A stretch of 64,000 nt of DNA from a virus. The translations under genes were made by a program, and so were the position numbers. The stretch is taken from positions 1 through 64,000 of the IMG/VR virus record IMGVR_UViG_3300035703_000049. One strand, written 5' to 3'. Shown piece by piece: positions 31,301-39,710 of the stretch. How positions within the stretch are numbered: the first letter of the stretch is position 1; every line of letters begins with the position of its first letter. The notes beneath the pieces were generated by a model. That model made no database searches. It worked only from the letters and a program-made list of their open reading frames with translations, and had not been told where the DNA came from.

Positions 31301-34300
31301 TAAACAATGTTATTGTATCAATTGTATAGGTATACTCTTCACCTTCAACTAACTTTTTATTGTCAACGTAAACGTATGGCATACCTAAAATATTAGCGGC
31401 AGTGAAAAATTCTACCGTATCACCATCTGCATAGTAAGTTTCTGCAAGTCTATCAAACACATAAACTTTGCCTGCGTTTTCTGCTAATATTGTGCTACCA
31501 TCTTCATCTATTATATTTGTGTTTGGTGCACCAATAATGATTTGTCTTCCGCCATCGGTTAATTCTAATGATTGTCCAAATCTATCATCAACATTAGCAC
31601 TATCGCTAGTGAAGGCAGTAACTAATTCAAAGTGTGTTCTTTGCTCAATGTAAATCTCAACATTAATTGGAGGCACATCATTAAAAGTAACATAATATTG
31701 GTTTCCAATTAGGTCTAATGTATAATCTCTAAATGGAACTTGTATTACACCATCAACTTCAACAAATAGTGCATATATACTTGTTGGTGTTGCGTTATCA
31801 CCTGTTAGACCGTAAGACACTGTTGAACCATCACTAATTATTGTTTGTTGTGGTAACCCTCTCGATACAGTAACAACTATATTACTTCCAAATAAAGGAG
31901 CTGCTGATAACACTAAGTTGCTACCAACTAAAGTATAATCAACGCTTGGTATTAGTGCAATCCCATCTTGTGTAACTATAACATTAGCTACATCATTTGG
32001 ATTAGCAACATCTCCAATTAAAGCAAATATAGTTGAACTACCATCACCTGTAAACGTTACACTCGCTGATGGTAATATAGAAACAAATCTTCTTTGATAA
32101 AGATATACATATCCTTCATCTGCACCTGGTTGACCAACTGCTAGCCAATTTCCGTCATTACTCAGTACAACATTATATCCAAATTCACCATTTAAGTCCA
32201 GTGTATCGGAAGCGATAATTTGTTGAGTTCTAAATTCGCCTGTTTCTGCCGATGGTGCAAGTATTACAACAAACCCTATATCGTCTGAATTTGGGGCGCC
32301 AGCTGCGAAAGTTGCATCATTACTTGCAGAAACAGATTCGCCAACTCCAATAACGCCAACACTATCTGTGGTTAAATTAGCTATTTCTTCTAAAGATCCG
32401 TTAGTAGTAATACTGTAAATTACAACAGAACCAATACCATTATTTGATCCTGGCCTACCGGCTATCATATAATAATTTTGATCATCTGTATCAACAGCAT
32501 ATCCTAGATTATCATTTTCATCAGCAAATGTAGCGCGATAGTTTGTTCCAACTTCCCAAACTTTTTGATTTTCGTAGATTCTCCAACCATTATTGTTTGC
32601 ATTGTCAATAAAGAGTTTATCACCTTCTTGCCAACCTTTGAGTGGTTCTTGTGCTGCAACATCCTGAGATGAGTTAAACTTCATACTCTTTAATTTAAAA
32701 ACAAATCCGCTGAATGGATTAATTTGTATTGATCCGTAACCAGTACCTACTACAAAAGTTCTTGCATCAACAATAGTCGTAACAGTATAAAATCCAAAAA
32801 CATTTGGATTAGTGTTGTCTGATTTAATAAAAATTAGATCATTTTTTTCTAAGTTATGATTGTTAACACAACGTATTGTAGCGTTACCATTTGAAATAAC
32901 ATTTAGCGATTCTAAACGTATATCAGTTTCATCAATGCGATAAACATTCCATTGATTGTTTCTATCTGCTGCTATCCAAATTAAATCACCTGCACCAACA
33001 TCACTTCCTGTTACATAAGAATTTAATGCAGCGCGTGTTGGACTAGCGTAGTCGACATCAGATAATTGAGCATATCCTGCTGTATATAGATCATTAGTAT
33101 TTTTACTATATTCTCTATTATTAATAAAGTTTTTATCATAAGGAACATGCTTTATGAATATATCTTTACTCTTTAAACCTTTGTGACCGTTTGGAAATGC
33201 ATCGTTGTCGCCTAATAACTCAATTACTAGAGGATCTTTAACTGCCCAACTTTCATCTAGCTCAATTTGTAAGTTGCGTGTGTTATCAGTTGAACCATAC
33301 GTACCTAAACGTAATGCCCATTCTTCATAAGAGTTAACAATACCACCAAAGTTATCTACTTTAGCTTTAAGCAGTTTATCTAAGTTTGAGTTAGTTCCTT
33401 TTTGACTAAGCATGCCTTGATAGAACTTAAATTGGCTAGTGTCACTGATACCTAAGTCTTCCATGTAACTTCTAGATTCAAATCCAATTAAATTCTTAGC
33501 TAACTTTTGTGCATCTTGCTCTAAGTTAACTTGATTTGTATCATAGTATTGCTTAAACAATCCTGCTCTGTTTGCTAAGTTTGGCAACAATCCTTTCTTA
33601 ATAGTATTGTAATCAATCTTAATCCATTTATCTAATTCAAAATTAATGCTTGCTGGTATCTTATCGCTAGCAGTGAAGTATTCTTCTTTAAAGAATATGA
33701 TGTCACCTTTATTGTAGTTTACGCCAGATTTCCATTCTTCAACATTATCTTCGTTAATAACGAATCCAGCTGCGCTATAAGATCCATCCCAATCATTAGT
33801 TTTAAATCCTTGAATTCTTAAACGGTGCTGTCTATCACCAATAATTGGTTCGTAAATGATATCATTAAATCTTGTTATGTTGTTGAATAATAGTATGTGT
33901 TCATATTCAACAACATCCAAATCTATCAAGTAGATGCCATGGGTGTTATCAATCTTTGCGTTAAAGTCTCTTCCGTTTCTATATACAGTATACTCGCTCG
34001 CACGAACAATTTTAAAATCTTCATCAAGTATGCGTGTGCTAAGTGGGCGATTACTTAATCCATCTACAACACCAAATGCGCTGCGATAATTAATTTTACT
34101 ACCAACTGGGCTCAAACTGATTGCTACATCAACATCCCATCCCTGTTGTACATAGAATAAAAACTCACGCACAGCAAGATCCCAATCTAGATACCAACTT
34201 GCGTCTTCATCTAATTTGTCAGTAAATTGAAAACCTTGTCGTGTTAGGTAACGACCATAGCTTATTAAGAAATCACCAACTTGATCAATACTAAAGAATT

Positions 34301-37300
34301 CAGTACCGTAAGGAACCCTATAAAGTTCTCCAGTACCATCGTTGTACTTTATAATTGCTAACTTACCAACTTTAATATAAGTTTTATTTTCGTTTTCTGC
34401 ACTTGCTTCTATAGTAAAATATGGTTTATTATCATCATACCCAGTTACGCTATAACCATCAACTGTTTTAGTTACGATAACACCACTGTATGTTAGATTA
34501 AATATTGGTGCACTCTTGTTTAATACAATATCAAAATCATCATCTGGGATAATAACACCTGGGTTATTGCTCGCTGGGGTATATTGCTCAGTAATAATCT
34601 TTAAGTATTTTTTATCAGTATAACCAGCAACTTTATATCCTAGTTTTGATTCTAGTTTTCTAATAATTTGACCAATATTTTTAGTAATGTCAAGTCCGCG
34701 ACACTTACAATAATCGCTTATCCAGTTAATATAACTGTGAACTCGTGCAACATTACCTTCTAGATCAATTTCATTTTGTACAAATTCGTTAGAGAAATCT
34801 CTAATTCCCGTCTTGCTAAAAATTCTTTGCTCGTCATCTAAATCAATTATTTGATTGTTTGTATCTATATTAACACCAAAATATTCTGCTGGTTTCATTA
34901 AAGCAATAGCAAGTTGAATTACGAATGGATATTCACTGCTTTGTCTCCATGCATTTTCAACTGGTCCGATATCACCAAACTTAAAGAATCCACTAACATC
35001 AAGCTCGTTTATATCTTTTGTTACACAATCAATTGGACTTAAAAGTTCACCGCTGCCATCAACAGGAAGTATTTTACTTAAACTAGGTCTTTCGAATCTA
35101 GCATCAATTCCTGCTCTTTCTCCAAATAGTATTTTACCAGCTTCAATATCGTCCCATAAAACAGTGTTGCCACTTGTGTATGGAGCAGGACCATAACTTT
35201 CTTCCCACCAATCTGGTTTATCAGCAAATCCTAACATTTCCCAAGGACGAAGGTGAGGTGCATCTGTATCAAAGTAATATTTGTAAATACCTCTCCAACT
35301 TGAAGCAGGCATTAATTCTCCATCAACACGATTTGTAAATCTACCATAGTTGTAAGTGAAAGGATCGTTTGCTACAAATTGTCTGTAATCGCTTACTGCT
35401 ATTGCATTTGCACCAGACCATGCGCTAAAGTGACTACTTAAAATACTGTTAAATTCTGCTGTAGTGTAATCTGTTTGTCTAAATGCACCTGCGATATAAT
35501 CCCAAATATCAAAACGATTAACATCATATTTTACTTTAATATTATTGTATATTCTTGTTTCAAATTCCAATAACACAGCATCTCTAATATCACCAAACAA
35601 AGCAGTTAAACTACCGTCATGTCCGCGAATCATTTGACGTGTATTTTCACCGTAACCGTCATTTACTATCATAGGAATATACAATGGATATAAACCTAAC
35701 TTAGTCGGAGTAGCAGGAATATAACTACCATCAGTAGTAGTGTATTCTCTAATTTCAAGAATATCACCTTCAACAAGTGTTATTGATGTTAAATCTAATT
35801 CAATAACAGGACGAGTTGTTGAGAAAATATAATCTCTGTTTATCAATAATTGAACATTATTTAGATATACTAAAACTGCTTTATTTGATGCAACTGTTGG
35901 ATCAAATATTTCTGTAAGATCATAGGTATCTAAACGATTATCAACTACTTGATAAATTCTTCTTGTATAATCGTTACCATAAGGTATCATATCGCTTGTA
36001 AAATAAGGGAAATTCTTATTTTTATTAGCAACAATTTCAGATAATGCCCTATCTAAAGTTTGATTTGCAGGTTCACCAACAACATATAGTTCGTTTATTA
36101 ATTGTAGTAATCTATTTTTGTATCGAGCATATTCTCGTTGAGCATTAATAGTTGCGTTAACAAAATTTGCTTGCGGAGAATTCAAGAAGAAATTTGCTAA
36201 ATGTGATGCGCCATCATGCTGTAATATATTACCTCTAAATGTTTTTACATCCAGTGTATCTCGTAAATTAAATTCTGATAAAGACTCATCACTTAGGTTT
36301 GGTATATCTTCTAAACACTTGATAATATGAGTACGCATTTGACCAAGTGTAAGTTCAGTAATTTCTTTGTTAAAAGGATTATTAGTGTAGTTTAATGGTG
36401 GTTCATAAACACTATTTTCATTTGATTCCAAAGACGCAACTTTAATATCAATCTTATCACCAACATTTAAATTTCGATCTAATAGTAGGTATGCTATGTT
36501 ATCTTCAATTTGAAGATCGTAGTGATTTGTATACAACAAATTATTGTTAACATAAACTATAACGTTTGTTAACATCTCTTGATTTGTGCCCATTGGAAAT
36601 GCATTAAGTCTAAACAAATTTCTTTGATATTCTGTCGCAAAATATGTTTGTAATTGTAGTTGTCTAGATTTTTGTCTAACTTTTCTCCACTGATTTCTAA
36701 AAGTAAAAGTTCTATCTGGGGCATTAACTTTTACTTTTCCTCCAATAGTTGATTTTGTAATACTTTGTTGATTTTGACGATATATAAAAGAATCTTTTGT
36801 AATAAAATCAGAGAATACAATGTCACCAATATTATTAATATTACGATACTTTAACTTAAACCCAAGCACAGGATCAACTATGCTAGTACCAGTTTCATAA
36901 CCAAATAAGTTGTTTCCATTAAACGTACTACTAGTATAAACGTTTACGTCACCAAAACTTTTTTTGTTTTGATCATATAAATCAAATTTTGGTGATTGAT
37001 TAACTTTAGTCTTTTGTTGACTAACAACCCAAACACCATTTACAAAATGATAAGTTTTTCCTTGATTGTTTAAACCTTGCTTAATTAAAACAGTGTCGCC
37101 TTCAACAACGTCGTCGCCGTCATCTGCTAAAACCAAGTGAATTTGATCTTCAAATTCAATGCTAACTGATATAATAGATTCGTCAGGTGGTATAGTTGAT
37201 GAAAATACTAAACTTTGTGTACTTGCTACATATGACCAAAAATAACCTTGTGCACCTGCGCTAATCCCGTTTACAAAAACCTTTAATCTTGAAGGTTCAT

Positions 37301-39707
37301 CAATATCAAAATTTAAATCATAGCTATTTGTACTTCCGTCAGAAATAAAAGACCAACTTTTATCATTTGTTTCGCTTTGCGGCCTAATCCATTCAACTTT
37401 GTAAATTTTGTTTCTTACATCGGGATTAGTATCTGCTGTAAAAATTACTCTCATGCCTGGATAAAGAGGAATATCATCAACATAAAATCCTCCTAATCCA
37501 CCTAACTTCATTTGAATAGTTACAACACCGTCAATTGAAGCTGTTTGCTTTACAACCGTATAACCTTCACGTTCTTTTTCAATTTTAAATTCTTCAACCG
37601 CAGAAACAGATCCAGAAAAATTAATAATATTTTCTTCTCTGATTACTATTGGTTGTCCTTCAACTGTGCTTAAAGCATCCAGTGTTACGTTATCAATAAC
37701 ATCAACTGCTTTTTTAGCAATTTGTCCAAAGTTGTATAGTTGTAAGTTTGGATCAAATTCTAATATTGGTCTTTTAGCTCTAGCACTTGAATCAATCGTT
37801 GATAAATAATTATTATATTTTGCAGTGAGGTCTATAACATCTTTATGAAACCAACGGTTATGCCTTACCCATGCGCTTTGCTCAATACTGTTTCTTTTAA
37901 TTACAAAGTAATCTGGAGTTAGTGGAGCGTTAGTTGAGGCAGCAAATTTTTCTGTATCATAAAAATCAGTATCAAATGATATTTCAACAACATCCATCCA
38001 TGTTTCATTAGCAATTAAATCATCAATATCAACTAGTGATATAGATTCTCCTACTCCTTCTACATAATAAGATTTGTTAGCATATTCGCTTTGTATTACA
38101 TCTTCTAAAAATCTTATTTTTAATCCGTTTGTAAACCTAACACCGTTTGGACTTTCATAAGATCTTTTACCTAAGATACTACCTAAAACATCAATCTTTA
38201 AATTATTATTTTGATCAACAATTTCAATTACACCGCCAATATTTGGATCAAGTGAATCAGTATAATAAAGTCGATCTAGAGTAGATGTTATAAGTGGGAT
38301 AACTGTTAAGTCATCATTGCTATCTCTATAGATTTTTTTGTTACCATAAGCAATACCTTCCAAAACAGTAACTTTGTTATTTCTTGGAATAACTGTGCTT
38401 GGTCTTAAAACTATATAACCTTCAGAGTTAATAGTTACATCAAATAGTCCTTTTTGTTGTTCAAAAGATACAGTATCTCCTTGATCAAAACCAGTAGCAT
38501 CAAATGAAAAATCAACAGAGTCAAATGGTTCAGGATTATACCAAGATTGTTGTAAATCATATAATTCTAATTTATTAGCGTTAAAAACGGTACCAGTGAT
38601 AAAATCTTCTAATACACGATAAACATTATTTCCATACTGTATTAATTCCCCTTCAGCATATGCTTTAAATTGCTGCCAAGGTTGAGGATTTTGTCCGCTA
38701 GCTGGATCTTTCAAAAATACTAATTTTTTACCATCAAGCATTCTCTGACCATCAATGCCGCCAAATAAAGTAATGATGTCATCGTACTTTTTATAATGCA
38801 CTTCATTATAACGCAATGCTCGATTTCTATTACTCGCATACGCAACTAAGTTTGTATTTGTAAAATCTGGCATACGCAAGAAGAAATCTTGTGCATCTGC
38901 TTCTGGAACTCTAAATGTAATTGTTCCTACATCGTCCCCGTTATTTTCAACACCAAAAACATCTCTAGTGCTTAAGTTATTTTGCCAAGATAGCTGTTCA
39001 GTTGTGCCAGGTGCAGTTTGTATAAAGAATCCGTGCCCCGTTTGATTAACTTGGAATGTATAAGTTCCGCCTCTAGCCAAACGTATAGTTGGATTTAACT
39101 TAGTACCAGTAATGTTAAACTTAATTCCATCTTCTCTAACACGTTGAAAAACATTTTCGCTAGTGTCAAATCCTTTTAAATCAAAATTTTCTTTTTCGTA
39201 TTCACCGTTAACAATTTGATACAGTGTTGGAGGTGTAACAGTTATATCTAATTCTAATGGTATTTCTGTAGCAAATACTGTAACAGAATCTGGTCCATTT
39301 GGTAACCAATAGTAAGAGCTGTAGTTTAAAAATTTATCATAATCAATAAATGCGTCGTAGTTATATGTAAAATCATCAAATAATCTAGAATGATTGTTAG
39401 TAAATCCACCAAGCACGTCAATGCGTCTTAATAAATCAACATACCCGGATGTAAATGATACTTTACCATTTTCATCAACATAAGTTGTATGTGGTTCAAG
39501 TTGATAGTTTTGTCTTAGATCGCTAAATTCGTTGATAAAAGAATCGTTAGCACCAGCAACTGGACTAAATCTACGCCCAACATAACCATCTAATCTTCTT
39601 AGTTCTGGTTCACTAATTAATTGATCTACAGTGGCATGTAAAAATTTATCATTTACTTCAGTCCTGAAGACGTTTGGTAAAAAGTCTAAAGATCTTCTAT
39701 ATGCCAT
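25383..39707 (-). CDS. Giant (4774 aa) baseplate wedge/virion structural protein
   Basis: Follows the gp6-like gene; contains FG-GAP-like blades, CBM5/12-like motifs, xDGxTxxF repeats and a SGEGYTAPPT repeat. Confidence 0.8.
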   Translation of the reverse strand: MAYRRSLDFLPNVFRTEVNDKFLHATVDQLISEPELRRLDGYVGRRFSPVAGANDSFINEFSDLRQNYQLEPHTTYVDENGKVSFTSGYVDLLRRIDVLGGFTNNHSRLFDDFTYNYDAFIDYDKFLNYSSYYWLPNGPDSVTVFATEIPLELDITVTPPTLYQIVNGEYEKENFDLKGFDTSENVFQRVREDGIKFNITGTKLNPTIRLARGGTYTFQVNQTGHGFFIQTAPGTTEQLSWQNNLSTRDVFGVENNGDDVGTITFRVPEADAQDFFLRMPDFTNTNLVAYASNRNRALRYNEVHYKKYDDIITLFGGIDGQRMLDGKKLVFLKDPASGQNPQPWQQFKAYAEGELIQYGNNVYRVLEDFITGTVFNANKLELYDLQQSWYNPEPFDSVDFSFDATGFDQGDTVSFEQQKGLFDVTINSEGYIVLRPSTVIPRNNKVTVLEGIAYGNKKIYRDSNDDLTVIPLITSTLDRLYYTDSLDPNIGGVIEIVDQNNNLKIDVLGSILGKRSYESPNGVRFTNGLKIRFLEDVIQSEYANKSYYVEGVGESISLVDIDDLIANETWMDVVEISFDTDFYDTEKFAASTNAPLTPDYFVIKRNSIEQSAWVRHNRWFHKDVIDLTAKYNNYLSTIDSSARAKRPILEFDPNLQLYNFGQIAKKAVDVIDNVTLDALSTVEGQPIVIREENIINFSGSVSAVEEFKIEKEREGYTVVKQTASIDGVVTIQMKLGGLGGFYVDDIPLYPGMRVIFTADTNPDVRNKIYKVEWIRPQSETNDKSWSFISDGSTNSYDLNFDIDEPSRLKVFVNGISAGAQGYFWSYVASTQSLVFSSTIPPDESIISVSIEFEDQIHLVLADDGDDVVEGDTVLIKQGLNNQGKTYHFVNGVWVVSQQKTKVNQSPKFDLYDQNKKSFGDVNVYTSSTFNGNNLFGYETGTSIVDPVLGFKLKYRNINNIGDIVFSDFITKDSFIYRQNQQSITKSTIGGKVKVNAPDRTFTFRNQWRKVRQKSRQLQLQTYFATEYQRNLFRLNAFPMGTNQEMLTNVIVYVNNNLLYTNHYDLQIEDNIAYLLLDRNLNVGDKIDIKVASLESNENSVYEPPLNYTNNPFNKEITELTLGQMRTHIIKCLEDIPNLSDESLSEFNLRDTLDVKTFRGNILQHDGASHLANFFLNSPQANFVNATINAQREYARYKNRLLQLINELYVVGEPANQTLDRALSEIVANKNKNFPYFTSDMIPYGNDYTRRIYQVVDNRLDTYDLTEIFDPTVASNKAVLVYLNNVQLLINRDYIFSTTRPVIELDLTSITLVEGDILEIREYTTTDGSYIPATPTKLGLYPLYIPMIVNDGYGENTRQMIRGHDGSLTALFGDIRDAVLLEFETRIYNNIKVKYDVNRFDIWDYIAGAFRQTDYTTAEFNSILSSHFSAWSGANAIAVSDYRQFVANDPFTYNYGRFTNRVDGELMPASSWRGIYKYYFDTDAPHLRPWEMLGFADKPDWWEESYGPAPYTSGNTVLWDDIEAGKILFGERAGIDARFERPSLSKILPVDGSGELLSPIDCVTKDINELDVSGFFKFGDIGPVENAWRQSSEYPFVIQLAIALMKPAEYFGVNIDTNNQIIDLDDEQRIFSKTGIRDFSNEFVQNEIDLEGNVARVHSYINWISDYCKCRGLDITKNIGQIIRKLESKLGYKVAGYTDKKYLKIITEQYTPASNNPGVIIPDDDFDIVLNKSAPIFNLTYSGVIVTKTVDGYSVTGYDDNKPYFTIEASAENENKTYIKVGKLAIIKYNDGTGELYRVPYGTEFFSIDQVGDFLISYGRYLTRQGFQFTDKLDEDASWYLDWDLAVREFLFYVQQGWDVDVAISLSPVGSKINYRSAFGVVDGLSNRPLSTRILDEDFKIVRASEYTVYRNGRDFNAKIDNTHGIYLIDLDVVEYEHILLFNNITRFNDIIYEPIIGDRQHRLRIQGFKTNDWDGSYSAAGFVINEDNVEEWKSGVNYNKGDIIFFKEEYFTASDKIPASINFELDKWIKIDYNTIKKGLLPNLANRAGLFKQYYDTNQVNLEQDAQKLAKNLIGFESRSYMEDLGISDTSQFKFYQGMLSQKGTNSNLDKLLKAKVDNFGGIVNSYEEWALRLGTYGSTDNTRNLQIELDESWAVKDPLVIELLGDNDAFPNGHKGLKSKDIFIKHVPYDKNFINNREYSKNTNDLYTAGYAQLSDVDYASPTRAALNSYVTGSDVGAGDLIWIAADRNNQWNVYRIDETDIRLESLNVISNGNATIRCVNNHNLEKNDLIFIKSDNTNPNVFGFYTVTTIVDARTFVVGTGYGSIQINPFSGFVFKLKSMKFNSSQDVAAQEPLKGWQEGDKLFIDNANNNGWRIYENQKVWEVGTNYRATFADENDNLGYAVDTDDQNYYMIAGRPGSNNGIGSVVIYSITTNGSLEEIANLTTDSVGVIGVGESVSASNDATFAAGAPNSDDIGFVVILAPSAETGEFRTQQIIASDTLDLNGEFGYNVVLSNDGNWLAVGQPGADEGYVYLYQRRFVSILPSASVTFTGDGSSTIFALIGDVANPNDVANVIVTQDGIALIPSVDYTLVGSNLVLSAAPLFGSNIVVTVSRGLPQQTIISDGSTVSYGLTGDNATPTSIYALFVEVDGVIQVPFRDYTLDLIGNQYYVTFNDVPPINVEIYIEQRTHFELVTAFTSDSANVDDRFGQSLELTDGGRQIIIGAPNTNIIDEDGSTILAENAGKVYVFDRLAETYYADGDTVEFFTAANILGMPYVYVDNKKLVEGEEYTYTIDTITLFTPPDAGALVKIETNNVVQTTELTLESANDDLEDDSGFGESIQVCPTNCSVYIGAPRKDSGKINSGKVYRFINQGRFFGVITGTVQDPIITDDSVLVINDFFVFLETGYDLDAIVDAINETAIPGVTAINDNGYLYLETNSLITGERLLITSALGQPLVDIGLEIFPHQQTINSPTDDHYVEFGKSLAIGPEADILVVGSARASTRLETTIDNKTTYFDARATSFNDIKKQSGAAWMYQFIPVANSSITNPGQFVSAQKLTNPLIDSFDEYGKSIAINASTIYIGAPGDDTTGNNTGLIFSFNNNENKKPWNTIRSNSPKVDINLINRVFLYNKETQQIVTDLDFIDPVKGKISGLAAQEITYQTSFDPAVYNNNSSGRVWGKEHVGQVWWDISQTRWIDYEQGNISNRGINWNSAFPGSTIICYEWAESILPPTQFVDEKDPTSFPRSNNFNLVSDIDPNTGIVTNRYYYWVAGKRTIPNVKNRRYSTVDLENLIANPRSTGVPFIAFVASNAVALYNCSNLLQDKNIVLSIEYDVVFNENSIHAEFQLISENDAQSIPNDRVVQKLIDSLAGSDIQGNLVPDPKLTLGEKYGIAYRPRQTIYRDRKSALKSAVEYVNLILSRIPARENKNTTNLLSFEEIPNVYTDAYDEVVNDRTELGYLNISLYPENYRVLVQVDEEVSDKWTIYKKVNNNWILEKVQSFDNRRYITTADWLKPGAIDPIVTDYTIDFSYQLISIIPSEGDTVKVKDAGNGRYVILQYTNNNYEIIKQESATYKIIDAIWDQTKFAQGFDIETFDIQIFDDWPTAEIQNILRSVYNDIFSGTEQIEKNRWFLLMMQHLLAEQKYVDYIFKTSFIKVEHRNQQAISQIPTLQKDRQDNLRKYIEEIKPYHTKIREFVNSHEGLDTANTGVTDFDIPAYYNETNGKYRSPTGLDEIDDIIFERPEYSAWLNNFTLEVESILVHNSGEGYTAPPTLTLVGTTGSGTTLDATVVNGEITKVHVNSGIGYITTPIIEIEDSSGEGAVLVPIMGNKKVRSIKDVIKFDRVPNNGGFLIQFLDEFENPVDIRDQKKSRVFGEQGVLDELLDALSGFEWIKEEASQIGWPVENASNYRIFPDDSGRIQVQYKKLPGGWTAEFLQAYLRSLGYFVGADELDISGTVVSVDGNMSLYAPTVLEWQLETRYDRGDIIVYNNKAYTLRDSVPVTTTGETFEITDFRELNADEFESHLNRTWAYYQPAAGLPGKDLGQLFAGVEYPGVKVQGASFRDEPGFDVGAYDISGLDQFIIGPEGVSVLDESVLDQTIYSNFLDTTLGTKPEDIITHGGKFVDTYSSHAPEEAIPGRVYDTLDIRVFTVPASDFADKGLGLLITTTVYDVNTDNVYPFNTTITKGDDLIVISKNYGRLDQNIDYTINFKNKTITMLKSLLTNDVLYIYAINGGGEGLIYDQEIACQENINSYTLQIDLDLIYQSLVTLNGEKIEDYELALFSQGLTTLTIDDSITLTDNDTIHVHLFYTESTEQQFVDLNTELFNVTGNVYPTNYTFTLANEIGYSYPSAEKIIVELNNNRLRPPNQKYYIGDNSTIEFDIPYTRDIDINSINESTVRVALNGEQLLPTIDWDLLPTDGSSIPRIILYSLVPTDLDLLTISLTNKAEYSLLDEKTIIISQSISLDTNDVIRVTTFTNDERLGIKTSVYQGTVESNVLTLIGFDDVGFDSVNYDSVQANLINTKIYDLPTPVNNINYLWVTLDQDAIDGGRYLLPNNDYELIENGTKIKLSNNITMFDESLLVITQFGENQQIPAVAFRLFKDLNDNWNYYRIGARSTTELARTLNITDTEIFVKDASVLAQPNTELAIPGIIMVGGERILYYGVDLENNKLTQIRRGIDGTGAVLAIPLNTLVQDASFLQRIPNAHNKVWYDQGEFDATNGLGLQYSTTEQVKFLLQDTALPISKVFDVKYLEASYVINGYVVGNLY

Positions 39708-39710
39708 TTA

